From IMG/VR virus record IMGVR_UViG_3300011008_000009, positions 1 to 64,000 of that record: DNA of 64,000 nt. The stretch is one strand, 5' to 3'. The first letter of the stretch is position 1. Each line of letters begins with the position of its first letter. The notes below the pieces were generated by a model. The model was not told the origin of the DNA and did not search any database. It saw nothing but the letters and a program-made list of their open reading frames with translations. Source of the stretch: a virus. Both the position numbers and the translations under genes were made by a program. This document shows, piece by piece, positions 7,016 to 16,820 of this stretch.

Positions 7016-8542
7016 TTGGCACTTGGTTTAAAAGGAAAAGAAATTTCTCTGACAGAGTTTAAGAGAAATTTAGGAGAATTGATAGCTGCCGATGATACTG
7101 CTTACATAAGAAGTTCTAATAGAGATATTGTTAACAACAGAAATCTTGAGCGTGATTACTATTCGGAAGAAGATGTTAAGAACATCTTAGCTTCTGGCTC
7201 AACGCAAGAAAAGAAGAACTTATCTTCCTATTTCTTTAAGCATAACAGTATGTACAAGAAGATTATTCTACACTACGCATCATTCTTGACTTATCAGTAT
7301 CTTTTGGTGCCACATACTCCAATTGAGGATGGCTTTAGCGATCCTAGCATAATGCTAAGTTATGATGATGCGGTAGACTTCTTGTATGCTTTTGATGTAG
7401 AAAATAAATGCTCTTATTTCACTTACAAGATTCTAGTAGAGGGCGCGTATTATGGGCTAATTAAAGAAGTTAATAAGAAACCAGTATTAATGGATTTACC
7501 CATAGAATATTGTCGTAGCAGATTTAAAAGTGACGACGATATAGATGTAGTAGAATTTGATTTAAGTTTCTTTGATAGCATCCGTGATGCAGACTTAAAA
7601 AAGCAAGTATTAACAACTTACCCTAAATACATACAGAAAGAGTATAAAAAGTATTTAAAGAATAAACAGAAATACAGATGGATGTTTCTAAATCCTAGCG
7701 ATGGGGTTCACTTCAATTTCTATGCTGAATACCCATTCTTCTTAGATATCATACCTTTACTACAAGGATATGATGAACTATCTGAGATTAATAAAACCAA
7801 AAGAAACCAAGAAATACAAAAAATACTAATCAACGAAATGCCCATTACTTCTCAAGGTGAATTAGTTTTTGAGCCAGTAGAAGCTATGGAAATGCATCAA
7901 GGCTACAAACGAATGTTAAAGAATAACATAGATGTTACTCCTTTAACTACTTACGCAAAAGCTCACGTTGAGTCTTTACAAGATACTTCTGCGGCAGAAC
8001 AAAATTATCTAGAGCAGGCAAGAGAAGAAATTTTTGGCGTAACTGGTACAAGTACACAGGTTTTCGCGCCGACTACTGCGGGAGCCATCCCTTACTACTT
8101 ACAAAATACTTTATCTCTTATGAGAGCCTTCTCTCGGCAATATCAACAGTTCTTTACTATATTGATTAATAGATACTATGCTACTAAAGATATTAGATTT
8201 AATATCATAGTTCCACCTATTAGTAACTATAATACTAAGGAATTTATCGCTGATGCATTTAAACTTGCTTCGTCTGGATATAGTTTCTTTATGCCTTGTC
8301 TTGCTTTAGGTGTTGGACAGAGAGACTTAAGAGACTTGAAGTTGTTAGAAGGTACATTAAGACTTAGAGATATTCTTGAGCCGCTACATTCTTCTTATAC
8401 AGAAAGTTCTAAATCTCAATCAGAAGAGCAAAACGAAACGGCGGCGGAAACTAAGGAAAACTCCAATGTCGATAACACTGGCGGCGCGCCCACCAAGGAT
8501 AATCCGTCAGAAAAAACTATTCAAAATAGAGAAAGTTTATAA
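7016..8542 (+). CDS. Portal protein (by position and size)
   Basis: 508 aa following TerL. TTG start with AAGGAG 8 nt upstream. Acidic/polar C-terminal tail. No motif-level proof. Confidence 0.6.
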   Translation: MALGLKGKEISLTEFKRNLGELIAADDTAYIRSSNRDIVNNRNLERDYYSEEDVKNILASGSTQEKKNLSSYFFKHNSMYKKIILHYASFLTYQYLLVPHTPIEDGFSDPSIMLSYDDAVDFLYAFDVENKCSYFTYKILVEGAYYGLIKEVNKKPVLMDLPIEYCRSRFKSDDDIDVVEFDLSFFDSIRDADLKKQVLTTYPKYIQKEYKKYLKNKQKYRWMFLNPSDGVHFNFYAEYPFFLDIIPLLQGYDELSEINKTKRNQEIQKILINEMPITSQGELVFEPVEAMEMHQGYKRMLKNNIDVTPLTTYAKAHVESLQDTSAAEQNYLEQAREEIFGVTGTSTQVFAPTTAGAIPYYLQNTLSLMRAFSRQYQQFFTILINRYYATKDIRFNIIVPPISNYNTKEFIADAFKLASSGYSFFMPCLALGVGQRDLRDLKLLEGTLRLRDILEPLHSSYTESSKSQSEEQNETAAETKENSNVDNTGGAPTKDNPSEKTIQNRESL

Positions 8543-8556
8543 ATGGAGGATTTAAA

Positions 8557-9897
8557 ATGCCAGAAAAAAAGATACCTACTTCCTTTGAGGTTCAATTATA
8601 TGGCGATTTAGTACCTTACTCTTCTACCATTTCTAAGGCTCGTGTACGAATTTTTTATAGGGGACTTAATAGAAATGGCTCTTATATATCGGAAGAGTTC
8701 GCTGAAAAATTAATAAAGACACTACCATATGCGCCTGTTAAGGGCATTTATGATGAAGAGGGCAAGGATTACACCGACCACGGCAATGGTATTAAAAGTC
8801 TCGGAAAGGCTTACGGTGTAGTTCCCGAAAACAATAACGGTAGTTGGGAACTTCATATGGACAATGATGGAGTCGAAAGACTTTACTACTGTAGTGATGT
8901 TCTTTTATGGACTTCCTTATATGAAGTTGCAAAAAGTATACCGGGCAAAGCTCAAAGCATGGAACTAGATTATGATAGTGTCAAAGGCGAATGGACTGAT
9001 TTCGGAGATTTTATAGCTTATAAATTTACCGATGGCTGTTTCTTAGGATTACAGGTATTAGGTACAATTAATGGAGAGGAAGTGGAGCCTTGCTTCGAAG
9101 GTAGTGCATTCTACACTAAGCAAGCAGACTTAAATTACCAATTCTCGGAAATCATAAAAATTGCCAAAAATTATAATTCACAAAAGGAGGATATAAAAAT
9201 GCCGGAAGAAAAACAGAATGTAACTCCTGAGTTAGAAAATTCGGTGGCTGATACATCCGCTAATGGCGCGAATACAGACACTTCGTTTGAAACTAACGAA
9301 GGCGCTGGTACAGATGCTGGAGCAGATGTTGGAACAGATACTGGTGCAGATGCAGGTACTGACGCTGGAACAGGCGCTGACACCAATACTGGTGATACTG
9401 GCGCGGACGCAGGTACTGCTGATACTAGTACTATTGATGCTAGTACAGGTGCTACAGTAGACATTAGTGGCGGCGCAGATAACAATGCTAACACAGGTAC
9501 AGACTATCAGCTTAAGTTTAACGAATTAACTGCTTCTTATAATGAGTTAAATGAAAAGTTTACCAAACTTTCGGATGAATTTTCTGTATTAACAGATAAA
9601 TTTAACCACTTACAAGCAGAAAGAGATAGTTTAGCTGAATACAAAGTAAATGCTGAAAATGAAGAGAAGAATCAAGTACTCGACAAATACTCCAATATTT
9701 TAAAGGCAGAAGTAATTCAGTCTTACAAAGAAAAAATAAATGATTTTTCTGTGATTGAACTTGAAAAAGAGCTATGTTTTGAGGCGCATAAGGATGATAC
9801 CTTTGAACCAGATACAGCAAACTTCTCTTACAAAAACAATGGTACGGTTGAGATGACACCTTTAATGAGTTGTCTTAATGATTACAGAACTGAATAA
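8557..9897 (+). CDS. Head scaffolding-type protein: N-terminal globular domain, T/D/G/A repeats and a coiled coil
   Basis: 446 aa between the portal and the capsid gene. Low-complexity GTDAGAD repeats and a heptad-rich C-terminus (LNEKFTKLSDEFSVLTDKFNHLQAERDSL). Confidence 0.55.
   Translation: MPEKKIPTSFEVQLYGDLVPYSSTISKARVRIFYRGLNRNGSYISEEFAEKLIKTLPYAPVKGIYDEEGKDYTDHGNGIKSLGKAYGVVPENNNGSWELHMDNDGVERLYYCSDVLLWTSLYEVAKSIPGKAQSMELDYDSVKGEWTDFGDFIAYKFTDGCFLGLQVLGTINGEEVEPCFEGSAFYTKQADLNYQFSEIIKIAKNYNSQKEDIKMPEEKQNVTPELENSVADTSANGANTDTSFETNEGAGTDAGADVGTDTGADAGTDAGTGADTNTGDTGADAGTADTSTIDASTGATVDISGGADNNANTGTDYQLKFNELTASYNELNEKFTKLSDEFSVLTDKFNHLQAERDSLAEYKVNAENEEKNQVLDKYSNILKAEVIQSYKEKINDFSVIELEKELCFEAHKDDTFEPDTANFSYKNNGTVEMTPLMSCLNDYRTE
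9199..9897 (+). CDS. Possible nested in-frame scaffold product (232 aa)
   Basis: In-frame ATG 9199 preceded by AAAGGAGG (9183-9190) at canonical spacing. It begins exactly where the repeat and coiled-coil part starts. Confidence 0.4.
   Translation: MPEEKQNVTPELENSVADTSANGANTDTSFETNEGAGTDAGADVGTDTGADAGTDAGTGADTNTGDTGADAGTADTSTIDASTGATVDISGGADNNANTGTDYQLKFNELTASYNELNEKFTKLSDEFSVLTDKFNHLQAERDSLAEYKVNAENEEKNQVLDKYSNILKAEVIQSYKEKINDFSVIELEKELCFEAHKDDTFEPDTANFSYKNNGTVEMTPLMSCLNDYRTE
9301..9500 (+). repeat. Imperfect tandem coding repeats (G-T-D-A-G-A-D units)
   Basis: Reiterated ggtaca/gatgct/ggagca/gatact units. They also generate spurious ORFs on both strands (9171-9494, 9263-9460). Confidence 0.8.
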
Positions 9898-9906
9898 TGG
9901 AGGATA

Positions 9907-10605
9907 ATGAATATGGCTATTCAAAGATATGGTATTGATGGCTATGGCGTACTTGAACTTAACCAGGTAGCGTTCCCTACAACTGGTACAGTTGAAGCGC
10001 AGTGCAAGCTAGACTATACAAATGATTTTAAAGAGCTGTCTACTGAAAATAGCGCGAAGACTATTTGCGAAGTAGGTATGCTTCTAGCCGTTGATAAGGC
10101 TAATGACGTTGTTAAACTTCCTACTGTAGACGGTACTGACGTAGATGGATCGACAACAGACGACGAAATACTTCCTATTGGTATTAACTACACATCTGAG
10201 TTCGAGTACAATCAGTATGTTAAGGGTCTAAACAAGTTTGCTATGACTAAAGACCTTTCTGTTGGTGGTATTGACCTTTATGGTGTAGTACATGGTGACC
10301 TTCTTCCTAGAATTGGTTACCTCACAGTAGGCGACAAATTTACTTCTAACTGCTTAGCTTATGACCCCGATGAATTTGATGGTACATACGGCGGACAGGC
10401 TCTTACTGACGACGCTGCTCTTGAGGCTGCTTTAGACGCTAGTGCTACAACTCCTGTATATGGTACTTATGGCACAAATGGCGCAATTCTTCTTACAAAG
10501 ACTGCTCCCAAGGCTAAGATAGTTCTTAAGGTAGTTAAGGGTAAGGATTGGAAACTTCCTGACGGTATTCATCGTGGCGTAATGCTTCAGGTTATTAAGG
10601 CATAA
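9907..10605 (+). CDS. Head-module hypothetical protein (decoration or auxiliary capsid protein candidate)
   Basis: 232 aa with a good SD, directly upstream of the capsid gene. Codon style resembles highly expressed genes. Confidence 0.4.
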   Translation: MNMAIQRYGIDGYGVLELNQVAFPTTGTVEAQCKLDYTNDFKELSTENSAKTICEVGMLLAVDKANDVVKLPTVDGTDVDGSTTDDEILPIGINYTSEFEYNQYVKGLNKFAMTKDLSVGGIDLYGVVHGDLLPRIGYLTVGDKFTSNCLAYDPDEFDGTYGGQALTDDAALEAALDASATTPVYGTYGTNGAILLTKTAPKAKIVLKVVKGKDWKLPDGIHRGVMLQVIKA

Positions 10606-10619
10606 GGAGGGATAAGGAA

Positions 10620-11681
10620 ATGGCTAAATTATTAAGTATTGAAGACATTAAGGAACTTGCCCACTATGCTATAACTCGCAAGGTACCGGCTAAGTTCTCC
10701 AAAGATGGCGAAAAGTATGATATAGACCTCGCTCTTAGAGATCAGTTAAACCTGTTAGCAGGTGACATATATGCGTTCCAGAAGAACAAGTGGGATATCT
10801 ATCAGATAATCCAGGAAAACGCAGATGAATTCCTTCCCAAGGAAATCAGAACTATCATGGGTCAGTTCGCTGAAATCAAGACAGTTCCCCTTGGCTCAAA
10901 GGCTCAGTTCTTAGTTAAGCGCGGTAGAACAAGAGCTAAGCGTTTCATCACACAGGTAGGACCTGCTGGTCTGTACGAATCGTTCAGAATGGACGAAGGT
11001 ACATTTGACCTTGGTGGTTACACAGTAGGTGGAGCTGCTCGTATCGACTTCGAGCGTCTTGTTCGTGGTGATGAAAACTTCAGCGAGTATATGGATATTG
11101 TACTTGATGGACTTGTATTTGCAGTATATGGCATCGTTCAGAAGGCTCTTCGTGGCGCGATTGCTAATATGCCCGCAGGTTCTAATACAAATACAGTAAC
11201 TTCCACTTGGGATCCCGATGCTATGGCTAAGATTATAAGCACAATGAAGGCTTATGGTGATGGCGCGGTAATCTTCGCTCCGCCCGAGTTCATCGCTGCT
11301 ATGGGTCCGGACGCTATTGGTGCGGCAGGTAACTTCCCCACATATTCTACTAAGGATATTGACGATATCCATGACACAGGTAGAATCCACACCTTCAGAG
11401 GAACACCTATCATCGAGCTTCCTCAGAGCTTCTTAGATGAGACCAACACTACTACACAGATCGATCCTCAGATTGCTTATGTATTCCCAACTGGTGGAGA
11501 AAAGGTAGTTAAGATCGTATTTGAAGGTCCTACACAGATTGATGATTACAAGTGTAAAGATCGCTCTCTTGAAATGAACGTTTACAAGAGAATTGGCGCG
11601 GCTATACTTACATATCACAACTGGGGCGCTTACAAGAACACAAGCATTCCTCAGACTTACACAGACGATTCGTTAATATAA
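10620..11681 (+). CDS. Major capsid protein (candidate)
   Basis: 353 aa with a strong SD (AAGGAGG). Codon usage is biased to ggt/cgt/ttc/atc. Position is after the scaffold, and a strong stem-loop follows. Confidence 0.65.
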   Translation: MAKLLSIEDIKELAHYAITRKVPAKFSKDGEKYDIDLALRDQLNLLAGDIYAFQKNKWDIYQIIQENADEFLPKEIRTIMGQFAEIKTVPLGSKAQFLVKRGRTRAKRFITQVGPAGLYESFRMDEGTFDLGGYTVGGAARIDFERLVRGDENFSEYMDIVLDGLVFAVYGIVQKALRGAIANMPAGSNTNTVTSTWDPDAMAKIISTMKAYGDGAVIFAPPEFIAAMGPDAIGAAGNFPTYSTKDIDDIHDTGRIHTFRGTPIIELPQSFLDETNTTTQIDPQIAYVFPTGGEKVVKIVFEGPTQIDDYKCKDRSLEMNVYKRIGAAILTYHNWGAYKNTSIPQTYTDDSLI

Positions 11682-11693
11682 GCAATTAATGTT

Positions 11694-11722
11694 GTGGGTG
11701 GGTAGAACTTCTATCCACCCAT
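11694..11722 (+). terminator. Stem-loop after the capsid gene (attenuating terminator or mRNA stabiliser)
   Basis: GGGTGGGTAG (11696-11705) / CTATCCACCC (11711-11720). No U-tract follows it, only an A-rich run. Confidence 0.4.
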
Positions 11723-11750
11723 AATAAAAAAGGAGTTAAAGGAGAATATT

Positions 11751-12248
11751 ATGGACGACAATACTAGAGTACAGATAAAGAGTATGATTAATAGTCATGT
11801 AGTAGTTAAAGATAATAACCTACATATTAGACGTGAATGGAATCGAAAGGGGCAGGTTCAGACACTACCGTTAGGTATAATTAGAGATTTATACTATGAT
11901 ATCGGTTTCCAAGCTATGCTTGAAGAGGGCATATTGACTATTGAAGATAAAGACGTAAGAATAGAACTAGGAATGGAAGCTCCTGGAGAAGAACCTTCTT
12001 TCAAGTTTTACACCGAGAACCAGATGCTTGCGGCGCTTGTTGGCACTGCAGCTGAGGTTAAAAAAGCTATGAATGAAATGCCAAAGGCTCAGCTAAATGA
12101 TTTCGTTAATTTGGCTGTTCAGAAAGAAATTACTGATATGGCTAAAGTTGATGTCATTAAGGCTAAAACTGGTAAAGATGTAATAAAAATGGTACAGACA
12201 GAACGTCAAGCCAAGGAACCGGTTAAGACAGACGTGACAGATGATTAA
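11751..12248 (+). CDS. Hypothetical head/connector-module protein
   Basis: 165 aa with a good SD. No recognisable motif. Confidence 0.5.
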   Translation: MDDNTRVQIKSMINSHVVVKDNNLHIRREWNRKGQVQTLPLGIIRDLYYDIGFQAMLEEGILTIEDKDVRIELGMEAPGEEPSFKFYTENQMLAALVGTAAEVKKAMNEMPKAQLNDFVNLAVQKEITDMAKVDVIKAKTGKDVIKMVQTERQAKEPVKTDVTDD

Positions 12249-12260
12249 TGGAGGTATGAT

Positions 12261-12704
12261 ATGACCTCTTTAGATGTTATATACAAGGCTTTTTTAAATA
12301 AAGTAAAAGATGATGATTGGGACGATGCGTCCCAATTAGTCTCTTATGAAAAGACCTGGAAAGAATACCTTCTTTCTGCTATAAATCTTTTTAAATTTCC
12401 AAGAGTAGATTTGACATACAATGAGCAAGGAGAATATCTAGAAGGAGATTTATCCAACAATGAAATTCAAATACTTGCAGAGTATATGAGAGCAGAATGG
12501 CTTCAAGGCAATATTTCAACTTGGGAAAATATTAAAGAGCAGTATCACGAAGCCGACTTTTCTCAGGCTAATTTTCTTGATAAATTAGATAAAACTTATA
12601 AGACTGCTTTAGCGGCTGCTAGACGCAGAGAAAGTAATTATTATCGCTCGATAGGTGGACAGCCTTTCAATTATTCTGATTTGGCGGGTGATGATAATGG
12701 CTAA
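12261..12704 (+). CDS. Hypothetical head-tail joining module protein
   Basis: 147 aa with SD GGAGG. Assigned by position only. Confidence 0.45.
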   Translation: MTSLDVIYKAFLNKVKDDDWDDASQLVSYEKTWKEYLLSAINLFKFPRVDLTYNEQGEYLEGDLSNNEIQILAEYMRAEWLQGNISTWENIKEQYHEADFSQANFLDKLDKTYKTALAAARRRESNYYRSIGGQPFNYSDLAGDDNG

Positions 12705-12954
12705 AAGCTGGAATAAGGATTATTTAAAAAGACTTCGTAATAGACTTTATGGCGTCCTTTGTGAAAGGGAAAAAGGCGGAGAATGGGAACAGTTTCTAGA
12801 TGGTATAATAATAGAACTGCTAGGGGTAGAAGAGGATAGGAAAAGCGTTTACTATTATGCTTTAATGCATAAATTATCTTCTTGCCGTTTTTTGGAATAT
12901 AAGTATTTTAGAAATACAATATTAGAATGCATGGGAATTTTTGATAAGTTGTGA
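12697..12954 (+). CDS. Hypothetical protein (85 aa)
   Basis: Start moved to ATG 12697 (MAKSW), which overlaps the upstream stop (ATGGCTAA). Confidence 0.45.
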   Translation: MAKSWNKDYLKRLRNRLYGVLCEREKGGEWEQFLDGIIIELLGVEEDRKSVYYYALMHKLSSCRFLEYKYFRNTILECMGIFDKL

Positions 12955-12964
12955 GGTGTTAAAA

Positions 12965-13636
12965 ATGGAATACTTCTCAGATTATCTTGAAAGACTAAAC
13001 ATAGATGGCGATGATTTTCCTTCTAGAGTACAGGGTCGGCGTGAAAAGCGTTTCCGTGCATTTCTTAAACGTACTGTATACTCTTCGGACCAAATTACTG
13101 ACGAAGCGGGTAATAAGTATATAGGTTCCATACATCCGACTAAAGATTCTGAAAAAACGTGTATATATACTTTTATGTCATTAAAGAAAGATGTTTTCAA
13201 TCCAGGACAATTGATAACTAATGATGGCAATACTTGGTTAATTACTCACAAAACATTAGATGATACTTTAGGCTATAATAAATATCTTCTTATGTACTTA
13301 CCCACTATTTTAACCATTACTGATGGAGATGAAAAATTCTCCTTTCCGGCGCGAATTACTAACGATAGCGCAGAAGCAATAGAAGATTTCTTCTCGACTT
13401 TATCTTCTACTAATAGAAGTTATAGAGAACCTGATAGAAATATAAAGGTTATTTGTAAAAACTACGACTATTTTAAGAAAGACCAAAAAACTATGATTGA
13501 AGGGGATACTTTTAAGATAGAGGGTATTAATAAAACTGCGGTTCCAGGGTGTATATACTTAACCCTAGGTCAGTGTTTAACAGATGCGGCATTAAGTATT
13601 GAAGCAGACGATACTGACGATAGTTTTTGGGGGTGA
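12965..13636 (+). CDS. Hypothetical head-tail module protein
   Basis: Start moved to ATG 12965 (MEYFS) behind GAGGTG. Confidence 0.45.
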   Translation: MEYFSDYLERLNIDGDDFPSRVQGRREKRFRAFLKRTVYSSDQITDEAGNKYIGSIHPTKDSEKTCIYTFMSLKKDVFNPGQLITNDGNTWLITHKTLDDTLGYNKYLLMYLPTILTITDGDEKFSFPARITNDSAEAIEDFFSTLSSTNRSYREPDRNIKVICKNYDYFKKDQKTMIEGDTFKIEGINKTAVPGCIYLTLGQCLTDAALSIEADDTDDSFWG

Positions 13637-13640
13637 GTAA

Positions 13641-14123
13641 ATGGCAGTTAGAAATTTTAACGAAATGGGTGAGAATTTACTTGAAATAGTTAAAAGATTA
13701 TTAGCAAATCAAAATCTTTGTAAACTATTAGAATACGCAGATAAGAACCCACTTAAGCACCCAGACTTTGAAAACACTAAAGATTTATTACATAAAAGAA
13801 TAAGAATAATTCCTAAAGTAGACCCGCAAGAGGATACTCGTAGTACAATAGTGTTACTGTTAAACGAAGGAAGCGTTCTTGATGTTAACCCAGAATTTAA
13901 AACGTTGAATTTACTCGTATATGTTTATGTACCCTTTGAAGAATGGAGAATTAATGACACTCAACTAAGACCTTTTAGTATAATGTCTGAAATACAAAAA
14001 AGCCTAAATGATAAACAAATTAAAGGACTAGGGCTTCTAAGATTAGAAAGTTTTAATCTTGATTTAATTACCGATGAAATGGGAGCCTATGTCATGAACT
14101 TTACCTTGGATGTATTTAACTAA
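13641..14123 (+). CDS. Hypothetical tail-completion module protein
   Basis: 160 aa, tightly packed with its neighbours. Confidence 0.45.
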   Translation: MAVRNFNEMGENLLEIVKRLLANQNLCKLLEYADKNPLKHPDFENTKDLLHKRIRIIPKVDPQEDTRSTIVLLLNEGSVLDVNPEFKTLNLLVYVYVPFEEWRINDTQLRPFSIMSEIQKSLNDKQIKGLGLLRLESFNLDLITDEMGAYVMNFTLDVFN

Positions 14124-14881
14124 TGCAGTCAGAGCTAATTACCGAAATTCAATCTAAGGCTTTTTTCAATTATCCATATGCTTTTTCTTCAATTTGCTTA
14201 GTATATCCCTTAACTATTGGTCAAATAATGGGTTCGGTCGGTATGTTAAATTATTCCTCTTATTTGTCTATACTTACTATGGATGAATTTGATATTGCTG
14301 AAAACGCAAAAAGAAAAGGAATAACGATTGACCCTTCCACCATTAATACTTTTCATTTTATAATAGATAGCGCGAAACAAAATTATTCTTTTTTATTAGA
14401 GGTCAAAAACGCCTTTCGCACCTTTGTGGGAGAGGAAATAACAATACTCTTCGATGAATACATAATCGTCATTGGCGATCTTGAAGAGAAAAGATTTATT
14501 ACTTCAGAAAATTTTGGAGATTTCCAAAATATAGTCAGAGTACAAAATAAAAAAACAGTAAAGGAAGACCCTCCGCCAGATGAAAGTCCTATAAGACGCA
14601 AATTCCGAATGAAAGCGGAGTATAGAGATGCAGTAAAGCGAAACCAAAAAAGTAATGACCCTAACGCTCCCGATTTTTTGGCACTAATGTCATCTTTTTG
14701 CTGTTACAAAGATGGAATAACTCCAGAGGAGTTAAAAAACTATTCTTTCTTTGCTTTTAAAGAGGAATTTGAGCGCCATCAATTAAGAGAAAAGTACTCA
14801 ATTGATGTAAAATCAATACTTGCGGGAGCCGATCCTAAAAAGGTTAAGCCAGAACCTTGGATTAAAAAAATAAGCAATTAA
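14123..14881 (+). CDS. Hypothetical protein
   Basis: 252 aa. TAATG overlap with the upstream gene. Confidence 0.45.
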   Translation: MQSELITEIQSKAFFNYPYAFSSICLVYPLTIGQIMGSVGMLNYSSYLSILTMDEFDIAENAKRKGITIDPSTINTFHFIIDSAKQNYSFLLEVKNAFRTFVGEEITILFDEYIIVIGDLEEKRFITSENFGDFQNIVRVQNKKTVKEDPPPDESPIRRKFRMKAEYRDAVKRNQKSNDPNAPDFLALMSSFCCYKDGITPEELKNYSFFAFKEEFERHQLREKYSIDVKSILAGADPKKVKPEPWIKKISN

Positions 14882-14902
14882 TTTATAAGGAGGAAACTTC
14901 AA

Positions 14903-15922
14903 ATGGCTAATAATATTTTTGAGAAATATGGCATTAAGGAAGTTGCTGACGTAACATTCTACGATACAGAAACTAACAAGCCTGTACTGTTTCTCGATAC
15001 GCTAAAGGTATCTACCATTGAACAGACAGCTGAACAGACATCTGCTCGTGGTGGTAAAGGTAACCCTGAGCTTATTGTTTGGGACTACGGTAAGGAAATT
15101 ACTCTAAACCTTGAAGATGCACTTTTCTCGCCTCAGTCTATGAACCTAATGCTTGGTGGTATTGAAGGTAAGAAACTTAAGAACGACCTTACTAGCGACG
15201 CTACTGACATAACTACTTTAACTAGAATGACTAAGTATGAAGCTCCGGATTCTAGTAAGTATATTTCAGAAATCAAGGCTGATGAACAGTGGTACGATCC
15301 TTCTACTATGGCAGCACTTACAAGTGTAGAAGCAGTAAATACTGCTCTTGGCACTTACAAGTATGCTTACTGCGAAAAGACTTACACTAAGACAGGTAGC
15401 TCAGTAGGTACAGTAAGTGGTAAGAAAATTGAAATCAGCGCAGCTAACTTCCCTGGTACATATCGTATCGTTGGCGAAACATTCGCTCGTTCGTCTAATA
15501 CAGGTAAGGATGAGTACTTCCAGTTTGAAATTCCTAAGGCTAAGATGGGCGCTGAAAACACTATCACACTTGAAGCTGAAGGTGATCCTTCTGTATTCAA
15601 CATGACGATGAAGGTTCTTCGTCCTGAGTCTGGTCCTATGATTATACTTAGACAGTATGACCTTGAGGATGCTACTCCTACTCCTACAACTAACTATACC
15701 GTAACTTTTGACGTTACTACAAATGCTAGTGACTTAACAGTTACAACTGCTCCTGCCGCTCAGACAGTAGCTGAGGGTGGTAAGGCAACAGCTCCTACCG
15801 GCGTAACAGCTAAGACAGAGGGTTATACAGTAGTTTGGAAGAACGGTTCAGACGATTGGGACTTCACCACTGACACTGTAACTGGTGACGTCACTCTTGT
15901 TGCTACAGCGGTTACAGAATAA
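14903..15922 (+). CDS. Major tail (tube) protein with a C-terminal Listeria-Bacteroides-repeat-like display domain
   Basis: Strong SD and highly-expressed codon style, followed by a terminator. The last ~75 aa (YTVTFDV...APAAQTVAEGGKATAPTGVTAKTEGYTVVWKNG..WDFTTDTVTGDVTLVA) fit the Y.V.F...G...Q.V..G..A..P....GY.F.GW pattern. Confidence 0.6.
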   Translation: MANNIFEKYGIKEVADVTFYDTETNKPVLFLDTLKVSTIEQTAEQTSARGGKGNPELIVWDYGKEITLNLEDALFSPQSMNLMLGGIEGKKLKNDLTSDATDITTLTRMTKYEAPDSSKYISEIKADEQWYDPSTMAALTSVEAVNTALGTYKYAYCEKTYTKTGSSVGTVSGKKIEISAANFPGTYRIVGETFARSSNTGKDEYFQFEIPKAKMGAENTITLEAEGDPSVFNMTMKVLRPESGPMIILRQYDLEDATPTPTTNYTVTFDVTTNASDLTVTTAPAAQTVAEGGKATAPTGVTAKTEGYTVVWKNGSDDWDFTTDTVTGDVTLVATAVTE

Positions 15923-15944
15923 TCTATAAGTAAATACCTAAAGG

Positions 15945-15975
15945 TGGAGTGGCGGCAACGTCACTCCATTTTATT
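15945..15975 (+). terminator. Intrinsic terminator after the major tail gene
   Basis: TGGAGTG (15945-15951) / CACTCCA (15962-15968) followed by TTTTATT. Confidence 0.55.
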
Positions 15976-15988
15976 ATAAGGAGAAATT

Positions 15989-16774
15989 ATGGAAGATATT
16001 TTTGGTACGAAAGAATTGTATGATATTAGCTTAAAATCTACTTTTCCTATGAAGATAGGAGAACGTGAGATTGAAGCGGGCGAGTCTATCTTACATTTTG
16101 ATAAAATAGATATTTCCATGCTAGACGCAGTAAATTCTCGTGTAGCCGCGGTTGGTGGATTTGATAATAGACCACAAGTAATATGGGAGCAAACTAAACA
16201 GATAAATTTCTCACTTAAAAGAGGAGTTATGTCTAAAACAAGCTGGGCGCTTATAACGAACTCTAAAATGGTACATAGTCAAAAAGGTACTAAAGTAAAA
16301 ATAAGTTATACTGAAAAAGTAGAAAGCGATGAGTTTAATAAAGTGACCTTAAAATATGCTCCTTGTAAATTATTTTTATATAATTTAGAAAACGGACAGA
16401 AGATTACTGATTATACAATAGATGAAAAAGTAATAACGGTGTCGGCGCCCTATATGGAATTACTTGCCGACTATGAGTTTGAGTATGATAACGACAGTTA
16501 TGAAACTTTAGTTATAGGAAATAGATTGCTTCAGGGCTATTTAAGACTTGAAGGCAAAATAGAGTTTAAGGACGATAAGGACGGATTAGAAAAGACCGGT
16601 ATATTAGTTATACCTAAATTAACTTTGGTGACAGACTTATCTATTAGACTAGGAAAGAGTGCCGAGCCAGTAGTTGGTACTATTGAAGCTATCGGTTTCC
16701 CAGTTGGGTCAAGAGGAAATTCTTCGGTATGTAGTATTACATTTCTGGAAGAGAATTTGCGAAGTGACATTTAA
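15989..16774 (+). CDS. Second tube-like tail protein (distant paralog of 14903-15922)
   Basis: By eye, SRVAAVGGFDNRPQVIWEQTKQINFSLKRGV aligns with TSARGGKGNPELIVWDYGKEITLNLEDAL of the preceding gene. Confidence 0.45.
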   Translation: MEDIFGTKELYDISLKSTFPMKIGEREIEAGESILHFDKIDISMLDAVNSRVAAVGGFDNRPQVIWEQTKQINFSLKRGVMSKTSWALITNSKMVHSQKGTKVKISYTEKVESDEFNKVTLKYAPCKLFLYNLENGQKITDYTIDEKVITVSAPYMELLADYEFEYDNDSYETLVIGNRLLQGYLRLEGKIEFKDDKDGLEKTGILVIPKLTLVTDLSIRLGKSAEPVVGTIEAIGFPVGSRGNSSVCSITFLEENLRSDI

Positions 16775-16778
16775 CGAC

Positions 16779-16810
16779 CGGGCGCCAATAGGCGTCCGAG
16801 TTTGTTTATA
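16779..16810 (+). terminator. Intrinsic terminator
   Basis: CGGGCGCC (16779-16786) / GGCGTCCG (16791-16798), 8 bp with one G-U pair and an AATA loop, followed by AGTTTGTTTAT. Confidence 0.65.
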
Positions 16811-16820
16811 GGGTGATAAA

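Noticed and set aside
9171-9494. Antisense and alternate-frame ORFs across the scaffold repeat tract (9171-9494 on -, 9263-9460 on +)
   Set aside because: They are low-complexity translations of the tandem repeat (Ala/Pro/Val/Ser or Leu/Gln runs). They have no SD and lie inside a well-supported gene.
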